From NCBI GenBank assembly GCA_963795855.1, contig CAWCIZ010000004.1, positions 224,001 to 288,000 of the forward strand: DNA of 64,000 nucleotides, in the 5' to 3' direction. Position numbers and translations under genes: made by a program. The notes under the pieces were generated by a model. That model had not been told where the DNA came from. It did not search any database and worked only from the letters and a program-made list of their open reading frames with translations. Positions 52,224 through 63,119 of this stretch are shown one piece after another (within the stretch, counting starts at the first letter, position 1; each line of letters opens with the position of its first letter). Origin of the DNA: Vulcanimicrobiota bacterium. GTDB taxonomy: Bacteria > Vulcanimicrobiota > Vulcanimicrobiia > Vulcanimicrobiales > Vulcanimicrobiaceae.

Positions 52224-53455
52224 AGGCAGTCATTTGGAACGGCACGCATGACGTGCGCGTGGAACGCGTCCGCGATCCGGAAATCGTCAATCCGCACGAC
52301 GCGATTGTGCGAGTAACGGCAACCGCCATCTGCGGTTCCGATTTGCACCTGTACAACGGCTTCATGCCGACGATGAAAGCCGGCGACATCCTCGGTCACG
52401 AGTTCATGGGCATCGTGGAAGAAGTCGGCTCCGAAGTGCGCCGAGTGCGGCAGGGCGATCGCGTAGCGATTCCCTTCAACATCTCGTGCGGGTCCTGCGA
52501 ACCGTGCATGCGCGAACAATGGTCGCTTTGCGACAACACCAACCCCAATGCGGGCTTGGCGGAGCGCCTGTACGGCTATTCGTGCGCGGCGCTTTTCGGT
52601 TACTCCCACTTGTTCGGCGGCTATGCGGGCGGTCAAGCGGAGTTCGTGCGCGTCCCGTTTGCGGACGTCGGGTGCTTGAACGTTCCGGACGAAGTGCCGG
52701 ACGAACGCGCCCTTTTTTTGACCGACATTTTCCCGACCGGCTACATGGCGGCGGAAAATTGCGACATCAAACGCGGTGACGTCATCGCCGTTTGGGGCTG
52801 CGGCCCGGTTGGACAGTTTGCGATCCGGAGCGCCTTTCTGCTAGGCGCGTCGGAGGTGTTGGCGATCGATCGCATCCCCGAGCGTTTGGACATGGCTCGC
52901 CGCGCGGGCGCGCAGTCGATTCATTTCGACGAAGTGAACGTGCTGGAGGCGCTGTTCGAAATGACCGGCGGACGCGGCCCCGACGCGTGCATCGACTGCG
53001 TGGGCATGGAAGCGCACGGGCGGACTCCGGACGCCGTGATCGACAAAGCGAAACAAGCCATGCGGCTGGAGCTCGATCGGGCGCACGTTTTACGCTTGGC
53101 GATTCATGCGTGCGGCAAGGGTGGAACGCTGTCCGTTCCCGGCGTCTATGGCGGATTCGTGGACAAAGTTCCGATGGGAACGATCTTCGAAAAGGGATTG
53201 CAATTGCGAACCGGGCAGACGCACACGCACCGCTACATGCGTCCGCTGCTCGAGCGCATTCGCCGCGGAGAGATCGATCCGTCGTTCATCATCACGCACA
53301 CCGGCTCGCTCGACGACGCGCCGCAGTATTACAAACTCATGGCCAAGCACGAAGACAACTTCGTCAAGTCGTTTCTGCGGCCGGCGGACTTCACGCACGG
53401 CGAAGTCGCGCAAAGGAGCCGCCGCGGCCAGGAGTTGAGTCAAGCGCGCCGGTAA
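52220..53455 (+). CDS. Zinc-dependent alcohol/formaldehyde dehydrogenase
   Basis: ICGSDLH, GHEFMG, CGSCEPC..C, GGQAE.VRVP, DIFPTG, GCGPVG. Confidence 0.94.
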   Translation: MKAVIWNGTHDVRVERVRDPEIVNPHDAIVRVTATAICGSDLHLYNGFMPTMKAGDILGHEFMGIVEEVGSEVRRVRQGDRVAIPFNISCGSCEPCMREQWSLCDNTNPNAGLAERLYGYSCAALFGYSHLFGGYAGGQAEFVRVPFADVGCLNVPDEVPDERALFLTDIFPTGYMAAENCDIKRGDVIAVWGCGPVGQFAIRSAFLLGASEVLAIDRIPERLDMARRAGAQSIHFDEVNVLEALFEMTGGRGPDACIDCVGMEAHGRTPDAVIDKAKQAMRLELDRAHVLRLAIHACGKGGTLSVPGVYGGFVDKVPMGTIFEKGLQLRTGQTHTHRYMRPLLERIRRGEIDPSFIITHTGSLDDAPQYYKLMAKHEDNFVKSFLRPADFTHGEVAQRSRRGQELSQARR

Positions 53456-53464
53456 CACCGGCTC

Positions 53465-54670
53465 ATGCGTCCGGCCAAGCCGCACGTGCGCGGCCTGCTC
53501 GCGATGGGCTTCGCGCACGGCGCGAGCGACTTCTATTCCGGAATGGTGCCGCTGCTAATCTTTACGATCGTCAGCGCGCACCGCCTATCGCCGCTCTACC
53601 AGGGCGCGATAGGTTTCCTCTGGTACCTGACGAGTTCGGTCGTTCAGCCGCTTTTCGGTGCGTATTCAGATCGCGCGGGGCGGTGGTGGTTTCTTCCGCT
53701 ATCCGTCGGCGTTACCGCAGTCGCCGTCGCACTCGTCGGGCTCTCTCCCGGCATTGCCGTTTTGGCGCTGCTCGTCATCGTGGGCGGCTTGGGTTCCGCG
53801 ATCATGCATCCTGAAGCCGGCAAGTACGCAGCACTGCTCAGCGGCGCAAAAAAATCGGGCGGGATCTCGATATTCCAAATCGGCGGCGCGGTCGGCTACG
53901 CGTTCGGCCCAGTCGTCATCGCGCGCTTGCTGCAAGCGCACGGGTCCGCGGGGTCGCTGTGGATGATCGGTCCGGGACTGCTCGCGTCGGGCGCGTTGTT
54001 CGTGCTGATGCGCGGAATCGACGCTTTCGCTCAGCGCGCGCAGGCCGAGCACCACGCCGCGCTCGGACCGCACGACGCTCCGGTCGATCGAACCGGGGTC
54101 GGCTTGCTCGTCGTCGGAACCGCGCTCAAGTATTTGGTCGGGGCGTCGTTCATGACGTATCTGCCCAACCTCATCGTGGCGCGCGGCGGTTCTATCGCTC
54201 AAGCAGGCGTGCTTGTTACGGCGTTTCTCGCCGTCGGAGTCGTCGGGTTGTACCTGGGAGGATGGTTGGGCGATCGGTATGGGGCATTGCCGATTGCGGT
54301 CGGCAGCTTTGTCATATGCGCACCCGTGCTCTACGGATTCTTCGCGTTCGGCGGCGCGCTCGGCATCGCATCGCTGCTCGCCGCCGGAGTCTTGCTCAAC
54401 GTGCAAAGCGCGCCGAGCGTGGCGATCGTTCAGCGCATGCTGCCGCGAAATCTCGGAATGGCGCTCGGTTTGATGAACGGCGTGGCGTTCGGCGCCGGAT
54501 CCGCGCTGGTTACCGCAGTTGGCTTCGGCGTGGCGCGCGTGGGCGCGGCGGGCGCGCTTTTCGACGTAAGCGTGCTGCCGATCGCGTGTGCCGCAGGATT
54601 TTGGCTGGCCGGACGCAGGCTCGGCGATACACGCTATGCAAGCGCGTCGAGCAGCGCGGTCGCTTCGTGA
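53465..54670 (+). CDS. MFS transporter (Fsr-like)
   Basis: AH..SDFY, QPLFG..SDR, GLGSA..HPE, GG.LGDRYG. Confidence 0.88.
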   Translation: MRPAKPHVRGLLAMGFAHGASDFYSGMVPLLIFTIVSAHRLSPLYQGAIGFLWYLTSSVVQPLFGAYSDRAGRWWFLPLSVGVTAVAVALVGLSPGIAVLALLVIVGGLGSAIMHPEAGKYAALLSGAKKSGGISIFQIGGAVGYAFGPVVIARLLQAHGSAGSLWMIGPGLLASGALFVLMRGIDAFAQRAQAEHHAALGPHDAPVDRTGVGLLVVGTALKYLVGASFMTYLPNLIVARGGSIAQAGVLVTAFLAVGVVGLYLGGWLGDRYGALPIAVGSFVICAPVLYGFFAFGGALGIASLLAAGVLLNVQSAPSVAIVQRMLPRNLGMALGLMNGVAFGAGSALVTAVGFGVARVGAAGALFDVSVLPIACAAGFWLAGRRLGDTRYASASSSAVAS

Positions 54671-55701
54671 ACCAAGCCCTGCTCGTAGACCTTCGGATGA
54701 GTCAAATAGAAGAGCGACATGATCCGCAGCGCAAACGTATGCGCGCGGGGCATCGGAAGCGCTGAAAAGCCTTTGCGGGCGCGCCTCGCCAATTCCGCGG
54801 CGCGCGCACGAAAAACTTCGAAGTTCGCATAACAGCGGATCCAGTTCAGTTCACCGTGCGCGCGGTCTTCTTCCTGATCGATGAACGAATCGAGCAACAC
54901 GTGCAGCGCCGAAAAAGCCGGAAAGTACGCTTGGTACGTCGGTGCGATGCACTCGAAATTGCTGCAGAACGCTGCATACAGCGGACCATACACGTGAAAT
55001 TGCGATCCCGCTGCGGCACCGAATTCCCACCACGAAAGGTCGCCGAATGGCCTCCCTTCACGCTCGTACCAAGCGATGCAGGCGTTTTCGCGCTCGTGCG
55101 GCGGCAGGTGCTTGAAGGTCTGCGTATCCGCATACAGCGCAGCCGCAGCTTTGAAGTGTGGAACCAGGAGTTCGTGGCTGCCAAAACGTGACAGCGCTCG
55201 GCGAACGCGGCGGACGAGCGAAGGCAAGTAATCGCCGTCGTCGCCCGGTGGCCCGAATGCGTAGTACTCGTGCAGCGGGCTGCGACGGGTCGAGTCGAAT
55301 CGGACAGCGCCAAATGAAGCTGCCGGTACGCTTCCGGCGGCGTAGTAAGCGGATGCCGGTCGCAAAGTCGAGTCGAGAAAATCGTAAATCGTTTCCAGCG
55401 GCGCGACGATCTCGACGTAATGTTCGCGCGCGCCGCTGGGCAGAAACGTCGCAAGGATACACGCCCCGGCGACGTGATACGCTTTCGAGCGCAGGCCGAA
55501 CAGTCGCTTGCGCGCGCAACTCGCGGGTCCGGTATGCGATCCGCCAAGTGCTCCAGGCGCGCAGTGCGGCACGCGCGAGAGGAACGACGCTCACCAAAAA
55601 ACGCCGCAGCTCGAGCGCATCGTCCAGACCGCCGCGCGCTAAGAACGCCAGCCGGTCCGGGCTCGAAAAGCACGCGGCGCACCGCCCAGCCGATCTCGCA
55701 T
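54634..55701 (-). CDS. DUF2600 / YtpB tetraprenyl-beta-curcumene synthase family, frameshifted
   Basis: KAYHVAG, TIYDFLD..LCDR, DDGDYL..LV, LYADTQTFKH, WWEFGAAAGS, YFP..ALHVLLDSFIDQEED..GELN. Start approximate. Confidence 0.8.
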
Positions 55702-55720
55702 TGCAAAGGGTTCAAACGAA

Positions 55721-56930
55721 CTAAATTCCGCCGACGAAGCGGCCGCGGATTGAAGCGTGCCGTGCGGATCGAACTGCGCTTTGAGCGCGCGCATTTTGAG
55801 CGATAGCCGGCGGGTCCTCGCCCCAACCATTCAGCGATGCTGCGAATCGGTGCGTCACCCGCCGCGATGACGCTGCGCGGGCTGATGCGGCGCAGCTCCT
55901 CGTCGCACGCTTCGATTTTTTCAGCAAAAGCTCGGCTGTCGCGCTCGCTGACGCGCAACGAACACATCGCCGTTCATGACGTCGAGGAGCACGTCGGTGA
56001 ACAGTTCGTGGCGGTTGGCGGCATCGCGCAGCGCCGCGGCGCGTTCCACCGCTTCACCCGGCAAGCCGAGCACGCGATAAGTGATGGAGCGTTCGCCGAG
56101 CGTTGCAATGCATGCGTCGAGCACGCGTTCGAACAGTTCCGGCGCGCCGCGTGTCGACGATGGTGGTTTCCGGCACGCCGGCGCGTCCGAGCGCGGAACG
56201 GAGGTCGCGCGTCGCGCGCTCGACGAGCGTCTGCGAACCCTCGAGTACGATGAGCATGCGTCCGTCGATGCCGTCTTCGCCATCGACGTTTTTGCGAAAG
56301 CCTTCCACGCAAAACGCCGCGGCGGGAGCCACCGACGACGCCGCGACCTGCGCGGCAGCGCGTGCGCGCGTGCCTTCCGGCAGTTTAGCGATCAGCGCGC
56401 GGCGCCGTTGCGGCAGGCGGCAGCGTTTTGAAATTCAGTCTGCGTGATGACGCCGAGCGTTCCGAACGAGCCGACGTAGAACTTGCTCATGTCGTACCCG
56501 CTGACGTTTTTCACGACCATGCCGCCCGCGTTTACAACGGTAGCCGTCGGCAAGCACGACTTGCGAACCGATCACGATGTCGCGCGCGCGGCCGTGAGCA
56601 TGCCGCCGCGGGCCGAGCCATCCGGCAGCGAGCGCGCCGCCGACCGTGGCTTTGCGCCGAAGCGGAACGTCGATCGGGACGAATTGCCCGTGCTCGTGCG
56701 AGCAGATCCGCGAAGTCCGCGACGCGCATTCCGCTTTGCGTCGAGCAGGTGAGATCGTGATATTCGTGCGTAAGCAACGCTTTCAATCCGTGTGGTCGAA
56801 AGCGTCACGTCCGCGGTTTGCGAGCGGCGATCCCATGCCACGCAGCGTATTGCCGCCTTGAATTTCAGCGGTCGCGGCCGTCGCGATCGCACTGGCGCGA
56901 CGGCCCGCCGCACGATTCGTCGACGGTCAT
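55721..56930 (-). CDS. glcE: Glycolate oxidase FAD-binding subunit GlcE-like, heavily frameshifted
   Basis: Fragments YEYHDLT, GGMVVKNVSGYDMSKFYVGSFGTLG, LKAQFDP, GRFVGGI; ATGA overlap with glcD. Confidence 0.75.
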
Positions 56931-58320
56931 CGAACCTCGCCGCAGCCGACTCCCGCCGGAAAAATCTTCTCGGGATTGAGCATGCGTCTCGGATCGAATA
57001 CCTCGCGCACGCGCGCCATCGCGGCGAGGTCGTCCGTCGAGAATATGCGCGTGAGCGTACCGCGCTTTCTCGTACCCGATGCCGTGTTCGCCGCTGATCG
57101 TGCCGCCCAGATCGACCGCAGCCTGCAGAATCTCGTTGCCGGCGTCGATGACGGCGCACCGACTTGTGCGGCGTTGCTGCGATCGTACATGAGCAGCGGA
57201 TGCAAATTTCCGTCGCCGGCATGAAACACGTTCGCGACCTTGATGTCCGCGCGAAGTGCATGCGTCGTTCGACCGACGCGAGCGCCTGCGGAAGTTTCGT
57301 TCGCGGAACGACGACGTCTTGAATGTAATAATTCGGCGCGATCCGGCCCGTCGCGCCGAGCGCGCCTTTGCGTCCGGCCCAAAGGGCGTCGCGCTCTGCT
57401 TGCGATCGCGCGGAGCGCCAGGACGTGCGCGCCCGCTCTCGCGGACGAGGCGTGCGATTTGCGCTTCGTACATTCGCAAGTCGTCTTCGAAGCCGGCGCT
57501 TTCGACCAGCAGCACCGCACCCGCATCGGTCGGGTATCCGCATGAAACGCCGCTTCGACCGCTTGAGTGCGAGGCGGTCCAGCATCTCCAGCGCGGTCGG
57601 CACGATGCCCGCGCCGATGATCGCCGACACCGCGGCGGACGCGCGATTCGACGTCGGGAAACGCGGCAAGCCAAACGCGTACGGCTTCGGGCGCGCGCAT
57701 CAGACGCACCCACGCGGAGCAAGTGATGCCGAGCGTGCCTTCGCTGCCGACGAGCGCGCCGGTCGAGATCGTAGCCGCTCTCTTCGACCCACGTATCGCA
57801 ACACTTCGCCGCGTTCGTCGACGATCTCCAGCGCAAGCACGTGGTTGACGGTCGTGCCGTACGAGAGACAATGCGGGCCGCCGGCGTTCGTGCCGATGTT
57901 TCCGCCGATCGTCGAGGCCCTTTGCGACGACGGATCCGGCGCGTAAAAGAGGCCGGTGCGCCGCGACTTGCTGCGAAAGTTCGCAGATTGATCAGGCCCG
58001 GCTGCACGCGCGCGCGCCGGTTGCGCACGTCGAGTTCCAAAATGCGGTTCATGCGCGCGAACGAAAAAACGACGCCGCCCTTGCGCCGGCACCGCGCCGC
58101 CGCACAAGTCCGGTGCCGGCACCGCGCGCGCACGATCGGCTCGCCGCAATCGCTCGCGATTTTCACCGCGGCCGCCACGTCGACGCGTGGAGGCAGGCAG
58201 CACGACGGCGTCGGGCAAGCGGCCTTGCGAATATGCGTCGAACGCGTAGACGGACAGATCTTCGGGCTGCGTTTTCACCGCGTCGGCGCCGAGCGCGTCG
58301 ATTAAGCCGCTGACCAGCAC
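56927..58320 (-). CDS. glcD: FAD-linked oxidase GlcD, heavily frameshifted
   Basis: [62 protein letters not shown]. Confidence 0.87.
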
Positions 58321-58373
58321 ACACAGTTCTTTAGAAGGAACTGCTACCGCGCGCCTTTAAGGGCGTATCGACC

Positions 58374-58900
58374 GTGTTTTTCTTTCAAAAAGAAAAAGAA
58401 ACCGGAGCGGGCACGCGCCAACGCCCGGCGGTCCCGAACACGTCGCAGAAAGCGAACGGCATTTCGCATGCCGGTCGAGTTCGACATGCTCTACACGCTC
58501 GAAGGCCGCCGCGGACGGCGCCAGCGCGCAGGCGAACGATTTGAGCGCCGGCGGTTTGCGGCTCTCGTGCGACGAGGATTTTTTCAAAGGCTCCATACTC
58601 TGACGCTCGACTTCAGCCTGCCCGACGAATTTCTCGCGCACATGACGGTCGAAAAAGAAGTCTACGAGCAGAGTCCGTTCGGATTGCGCCCGGAGACGAT
58701 CAAAGTGCAGCCGCACGGCTTTGCGCCGATGACCGTGCAAGCCAAAGTGCTCGCAGCGTTCTTTGCCGTACGGAAGAAGCAAGTTCGCGCACGGCATGGC
58801 GTTCGTCGACATCGACACAAGACGCAAGAAGAGTTGCAGCGCTTCATCCACCTTTGGCAACTCAATTACATTCGCACGCGCCGCGGCGATCTGCGATTAG
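58374..58900 (+). CDS. PilZ-domain (c-di-GMP receptor) protein, frameshifted
   Basis: RTAFR (RxxxR) before MPVEF; a shifted frame gives ANDLSAGGLRL (DxSxxG); ends with AFVDID..QEELQRFI. Confidence 0.72.
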
Positions 58901-60150
58901 TCGTACAGCAAATACTTCGCGCGGATCGTCATGAAGCGTGCGAGTGCGGGCTGCCAGCGCGCCTCGATGACGTCGGCGCGCTCGGCCCGCTTGCAACCCA
59001 TTGCCAGTACGTCCGTGCCCCAATCGATCTTGTCTTCAGCGGCGCGCCTTCGATGCGAGCATCATGCGGGTCGAAATGTCGCGCAGCGCGGTCAGCAACT
59101 TCCACCGCCGTCCGAACCGACGGAAAAACGCGCGGCTCGAACACGTCGAGTTCCACGCCCGCGAATTGCCGATCTCTGCGCGTCGCCGAAGAACGGCGAC
59201 CAATAAGCGGGACGGAAATAGACGCCGGGAAGGCTGCGTTCGTTCGAGCACTGCGCAAACCGGTACGCATCCAAGCCGGGCGCGCCGGCATACTTGAACG
59301 GTTTCGTCGTGCCGATGCCGCCGTTCAGGCCGGCGTTGTCGACAAGTCCGGTGCAGGGATAGACGACCGCCGTGCTCCATTCGGGAATGTTCGGCGAGGT
59401 CTGCACCCACTGCAAGCCCGTTTCGGGCCAGAGCATCGAGCGGTGCCATCCCGTCATCGCGACGACGCGCAACTTCGCGCCGATTCCGAAATGGTCGTTG
59501 AAGAGCTCGCGCGAGCTCGCCGACGGTCATTCCGTGACGCATCGGCGATCGGATACAAGCCGATGAACGACTTGAAGCGCGGGTCGAGCACCGGGCCTTC
59601 GACGAGTTCGCCGCCGATCGGGTTGGGACGGTCGAGAACCCAAATCTCTTTGCCGTACTGCTTGGCCGCTTCCATCGCATAGGCCATCGTCGAAACGAAC
59701 GTGTACGGGCGCGCGCCGACGTCTTGAATGTCGAAGAGCAGAACGTCGACTCCCTCGAGCATCTTCGCCGTCGGGTGGCGCTGCGGCCCGTACAAACTGT
59801 GCACCGGCAAGCCGGTACGCGCGTCGGCGTACGATGGGACGTAGGCGCCGGCGGGCCGGTCGCCGCGCAAGTCCGTGTTCGGGCGAATAGATCGCCTTCA
59901 TGCAGACGTCGTGCCTTTCGCCGGATCGCGTCGACGACGTTGACCAGACGCGAAGTGACGCCGGTTTGATTCGTGATGATGCCGACGCAACGGCCGTGCA
60001 GATCGCTCCAAGCCGACTGCAGAAAGACTTCGTCGCCCAGTACGACGTTCGCGCGGCGGCACGTACCGGCTCGCGCGGAGCAACGCTCGCAGCGCCAGCA
60101 CGCGAATGCCGCGACGCAGCGGCGAGACGTCGAATGCCGAGCTAAACAAA
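58897..60150 (-). CDS. namZ: Exo-beta-N-acetylmuramidase NamZ / DUF1343, frameshifted
   Basis: GIITNQTG, SPEHG, SLYG, FDIQDVGAR.YTF, VLDRPNPIGG, RHGMT, W..TSPNIP. Start approximate. Confidence 0.87.
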
Positions 60151-60992
60151 AACGGCCTCCGTCGCTTCCGGAATGATGCTGCGCGTCGTGCGCGCGGCGG
60201 AAGAGTTCGTTCACCGCGCGCGATGCCTCGCTCGCCCACGTCGTCGCTGAATTCGTTGACGTACGTAGTCGATATGCTTGCGCATGACGTCTTCGCTCAT
60301 CTCGGTCGCGTGTTCGCGCACGTACTTCATGACTTCGCGTTCGTTCTCGCGCGCGAAGCGCAAGCTGCGGCGGATCGCTTCGTTCGATGCGGCGTCGCGA
60401 TCGTCGTTGAAATCCGTCGCGAACAGAATCGCTCCGAGCGGTATCGGCATGCCCGGTTTGCGATTCCCACCAATCGCCCAGATCGGCGACTGCAACGAGC
60501 CCGCGTTCTTGGTACGTGAATCGGGACTCGTGGATGATGAGACCCGCGTCGGCCGTGCCGTTCGGCAACGGCATCGACGATGCGATCGAAGCGCATCGCG
60601 ACCGTTTGCGGCCGATATCCCATAGCCAGCCGCAGGAGCATGAACGCCGTCGTCATTTCGCCCGGAATCGCGATGAGACTTGGTCGCGGAAATCTTCGAG
60701 CGTGCTCACCGCGTCCCGGTCGCGCGACGAGCAGCGGCCCGCAGCCGCGTCCCAGCGCTCCGCCGGCGCGCAGGATGCGGTAGTTCTCCATCAGCAGCGG
60801 GATTGCGCCGTAGCTGACTTTCGTGAGTTCGTAGTCCGCTTTGAGCGCGGAGTTGTTGAGATTCTCGACGTCTTCGAGTTGAACGCGCACGGCCGGCGCG
60901 TCGTCAAGCAATCCGTTCGTCAGCGCGGCGAAGATGTACGTGTCGTTCGGACACGGCGAATATGCAAGCGTCAAAGCTGCGGTGCCGATCAT
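60142..60992 (-). CDS. mqnD: 1,4-dihydroxy-6-naphthoate synthase, frameshifted
   Basis: SPCPNDT, DVENLN, GGALGRGCGPLLV, AIPG..TTA, IIHESRFTY, DLG.WW, PIPLG. Confidence 0.93.
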
Positions 60993-61591
60993 GCTTCCGG
61001 CAAGCGAGGAAAGCAAGCTGTCAGAATGGTTTCGGCTCCGCGCACTCCGGCAGCGAAATCCCAGCGGCTGCGCTGCGCTCGCAAACGATGTTGGATATTC
61101 CCCGCACTTCGATCGCCGGCACGGCGGCGATTTCCGCCGCGCGAAGGACCGCGAAGCCTTCCATGCTTTCGACGCCCACGCCGTACGCGGCAAGGCGAGC
61201 AGCACGTGCGGTCGGTCGCCGTAACGCGCGGAACCGTGATGCCGCGCACGCTGCGGAAACCCAACTCGACGAGCCGATCGACCAGCGTGAGATCGGAGCC
61301 TGCGCGGTCGACGACGCGCGCCTCATCCGGCAGTGCGATCGCGCTCCCGTCTCGAGATCGAGTTCGAACAGCTCGTCGGTCACGACGACGCCTTCGCCCA
61401 CTTCCGCCGCGCCCTCGAACGCGCCGGCGATGCCCGCATTGATGACCAGATCGTACGCTGCTTTGCGCGAGCGCGCGGGAAACGCAAGAGGCCGCTTCCA
61501 CCGGGCCGACGCCCGTCACCAGCATTTCGACGTGCGGCGGCGGCCGGAAAAACGCGAGTTCCTTGCCGACCGCGCACGTGACGAGAATCAC
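60989..61591 (-). CDS. mqnB: Futalosine hydrolase (PNP/UDP nucleosidase family), frameshifted
   Basis: TGVGPVEAA, ESMEGFAV, EVRGISN; adjacent to mqnD. Confidence 0.85.
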   Translation of the reverse strand: MILVTCAVGKELAFFRPPPHVEMLVTGVGPVEAASCVSRALAQSSVRSGHQCGHRRRVRGRGGSGRRRRRDRRAVRTRSRDGSAIALPDEARVVDRAGSDLTLVDRLVELGFRSVRGITVPRVTATDRTCCSPCRVRRGRRKHGRLRGPSRGGNRRRAGDRSAGNIQHRLRAQRSRWDFAAGVRGAETILTACFPRLPEA

Positions 61592-61592
61592 A

Positions 61593-62171
61593 CTACGGCA
61601 CGCCGATGAGCTTATGCGTCTGCAGCGAGAGGCGGAAGACGGGCGGGATGCGCTTTGCGTACTCCAGCGCAAGCGCGACGTTTTGCGGTTTGTTTCCTTC
61701 GGGCTGCAGCAGCACCAGCGGTTTGTCGCGCGAACAGTTCGTCAGCCATTCCTCCGGAACGCGCCCGTCGACGATGAGTTTTACTTCGTTCGCGCGCCGA
61801 GCCATGCGATCGTCTACGCGTTCCTTCGGCGAGACGCACAGCCAAACGTCGTCCGGCAGCGCCGTGTAGAGCGTTCCGTTGGATTCGATGTGTACGCGCC
61901 GGCCGTCGCTTCGCAAGGCGTCGATCAGATCGAGCGCTTGGTTTTGCGCGAGCGGCTCGCCGCCGGTGAGAATGACCATCGGGCACTCTCCGCCGATCGC
62001 GCGAACGCGCGAAACGACGTCCGCAACCGTTGCAAAGAATTTTAGCGAATAATCGGTGTCGCAGAAATCGCACGACAAATTGCATCCCGCCAGACGCACG
62101 AAAACCGCAGGCGTTCCGGTGTACGCGCCCTCACCTTGGACGCTGTAAAAAATCTCGGCAAGTTGCAGCAT
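61593..62171 (-). CDS. queE: 7-carboxy-7-deazaguanine synthase (radical SAM)
   Basis: EIFYSVQGEG, CNLSCDFCDT, TGGEP, ESNG, SPK, LQP, LSLQTHK. Confidence 0.94.
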   Translation of the reverse strand: MLQLAEIFYSVQGEGAYTGTPAVFVRLAGCNLSCDFCDTDYSLKFFATVADVVSRVRAIGGECPMVILTGGEPLAQNQALDLIDALRSDGRRVHIESNGTLYTALPDDVWLCVSPKERVDDRMARRANEVKLIVDGRVPEEWLTNCSRDKPLVLLQPEGNKPQNVALALEYAKRIPPVFRLSLQTHKLIGVP

Positions 62172-62535
62172 CAGTGGAGATCGCTCCTGCGCAGCACCGC
62201 GCATGAGGTCGCGGTTTCCCACAGCACCAGTTCGTCGAGACCGGGCAATGCCGGGCGCAAGCGCTCCCAGACCCAAGCGACGATGCGTTCGCAGGTGGGG
62301 TTTTCCATCAGTTCGTTCAGCGACGTGTGATCGAGCACGTCGAGTATTTCGCCGTGAACGACGGCGCGCACCGTGTCGAAATCCTCGATCATCCCGCGGG
62401 CCGGGCCGTCCGTTTGAATCGGCCCCGCAACGCGACCTCGAGCCGGTACGAGTGGCCGTGCGGCCGGGCGCACTTGCCTTCGTGATAAGGGAGAACGTGC
62501 GCCGCCTCGAACCGGAAAAGCTTACGAATCTGCAC
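62171..62535 (-). CDS. queD: 6-carboxytetrahydropterin synthase, frameshifted
   Basis: FRFEAAH.LP.HEGKCARPHGHSY, GMIEDF, LDH..LN, NPTCE, WET. Confidence 0.92.
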
Positions 62536-62564
62536 GACAATCGAACTTCGAGGTAGGCCGTCCC

Positions 62565-62802
62565 GTGAGCCTTCGCTTCAACCGGCCGGAACTCGTGGTG
62601 ACCGCCGTGCCGGCGAGGCCGCCCCCGGCGAACCGCTGATTCTGCCCTGCGCCGGCCGCGGCGATTACGCATTCAGGCATTCGACGACGCAACGGCGCAG
62701 CAAGACGGGCTGCGCGATCTGCGCCTCGCTCCCGACCTCCAGGATGGACTCATCAAACCCGTACAACGCGCCAACCTCGCGGAGATCTTGAACCTGCGCT
62801 GA
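62565..62802 (+). CDS. Possible small hypothetical protein (needs one frameshift)
   Basis: GAGGT then GTG; MSLRFNRPELVVTAVP...IQAFDDATAQQDGLRDLRLAPDLQDGLIKPVQRANLAEILNLR has coding-like codon use. Confidence 0.35.
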
Positions 62803-62928
62803 GGAGACGCTTCGTCGTCCCGCTTACACTGTGCCTCGGCGTAAGCCAAATAGTGACGTAGGTCCCCACGCAAAAAAGCAGGGTGCCGATGCGTACAGTG
62901 CCGGGCTTTTTAGGGAATAAGGATCGTT

Positions 62929-63105
62929 GTGAAGCACAATCCGTCGCTCGACCTGCTGCCCAAGGATTGGCATCTCCGGAAGACCGCCCGCCTGCGGGAG
63001 CGAGCCGAATCGCTCGCGCTGCTGCTCGCGATAGCGGCTTTTTGGGTCATCGTCTTCACGCTGAATTTCTTCGTCGGTCAGTCGTCGCAGCCGCTGATCC
63101 GCTAG
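62929..63105 (+). CDS. Small single-pass membrane protein (58 aa), absent from the ORF track
   Basis: AAGGA SD + GTG; MKHNPSLDLLPKDWHLRKTARLRERAESLALLLAIAAFWVIVFTLNFFVGQSSQPLIR. Confidence 0.6.
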   Translation: MKHNPSLDLLPKDWHLRKTARLRERAESLALLLAIAAFWVIVFTLNFFVGQSSQPLIR

Positions 63106-63119
63106 CGCACCTTTTTCGC

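Noticed and set aside
62540..62660. preQ1 riboswitch upstream of queD
   Set aside because: No match to the preQ1-I or preQ1-II patterns I know (no A-rich tail); the region may be coding on the + strand.
62660..62900. 6S RNA (contains CTTGAACC and CGGCACCC-like motifs)
   Set aside because: I could not find the long closing stem and central bubble; Rfam cmscan would settle it.
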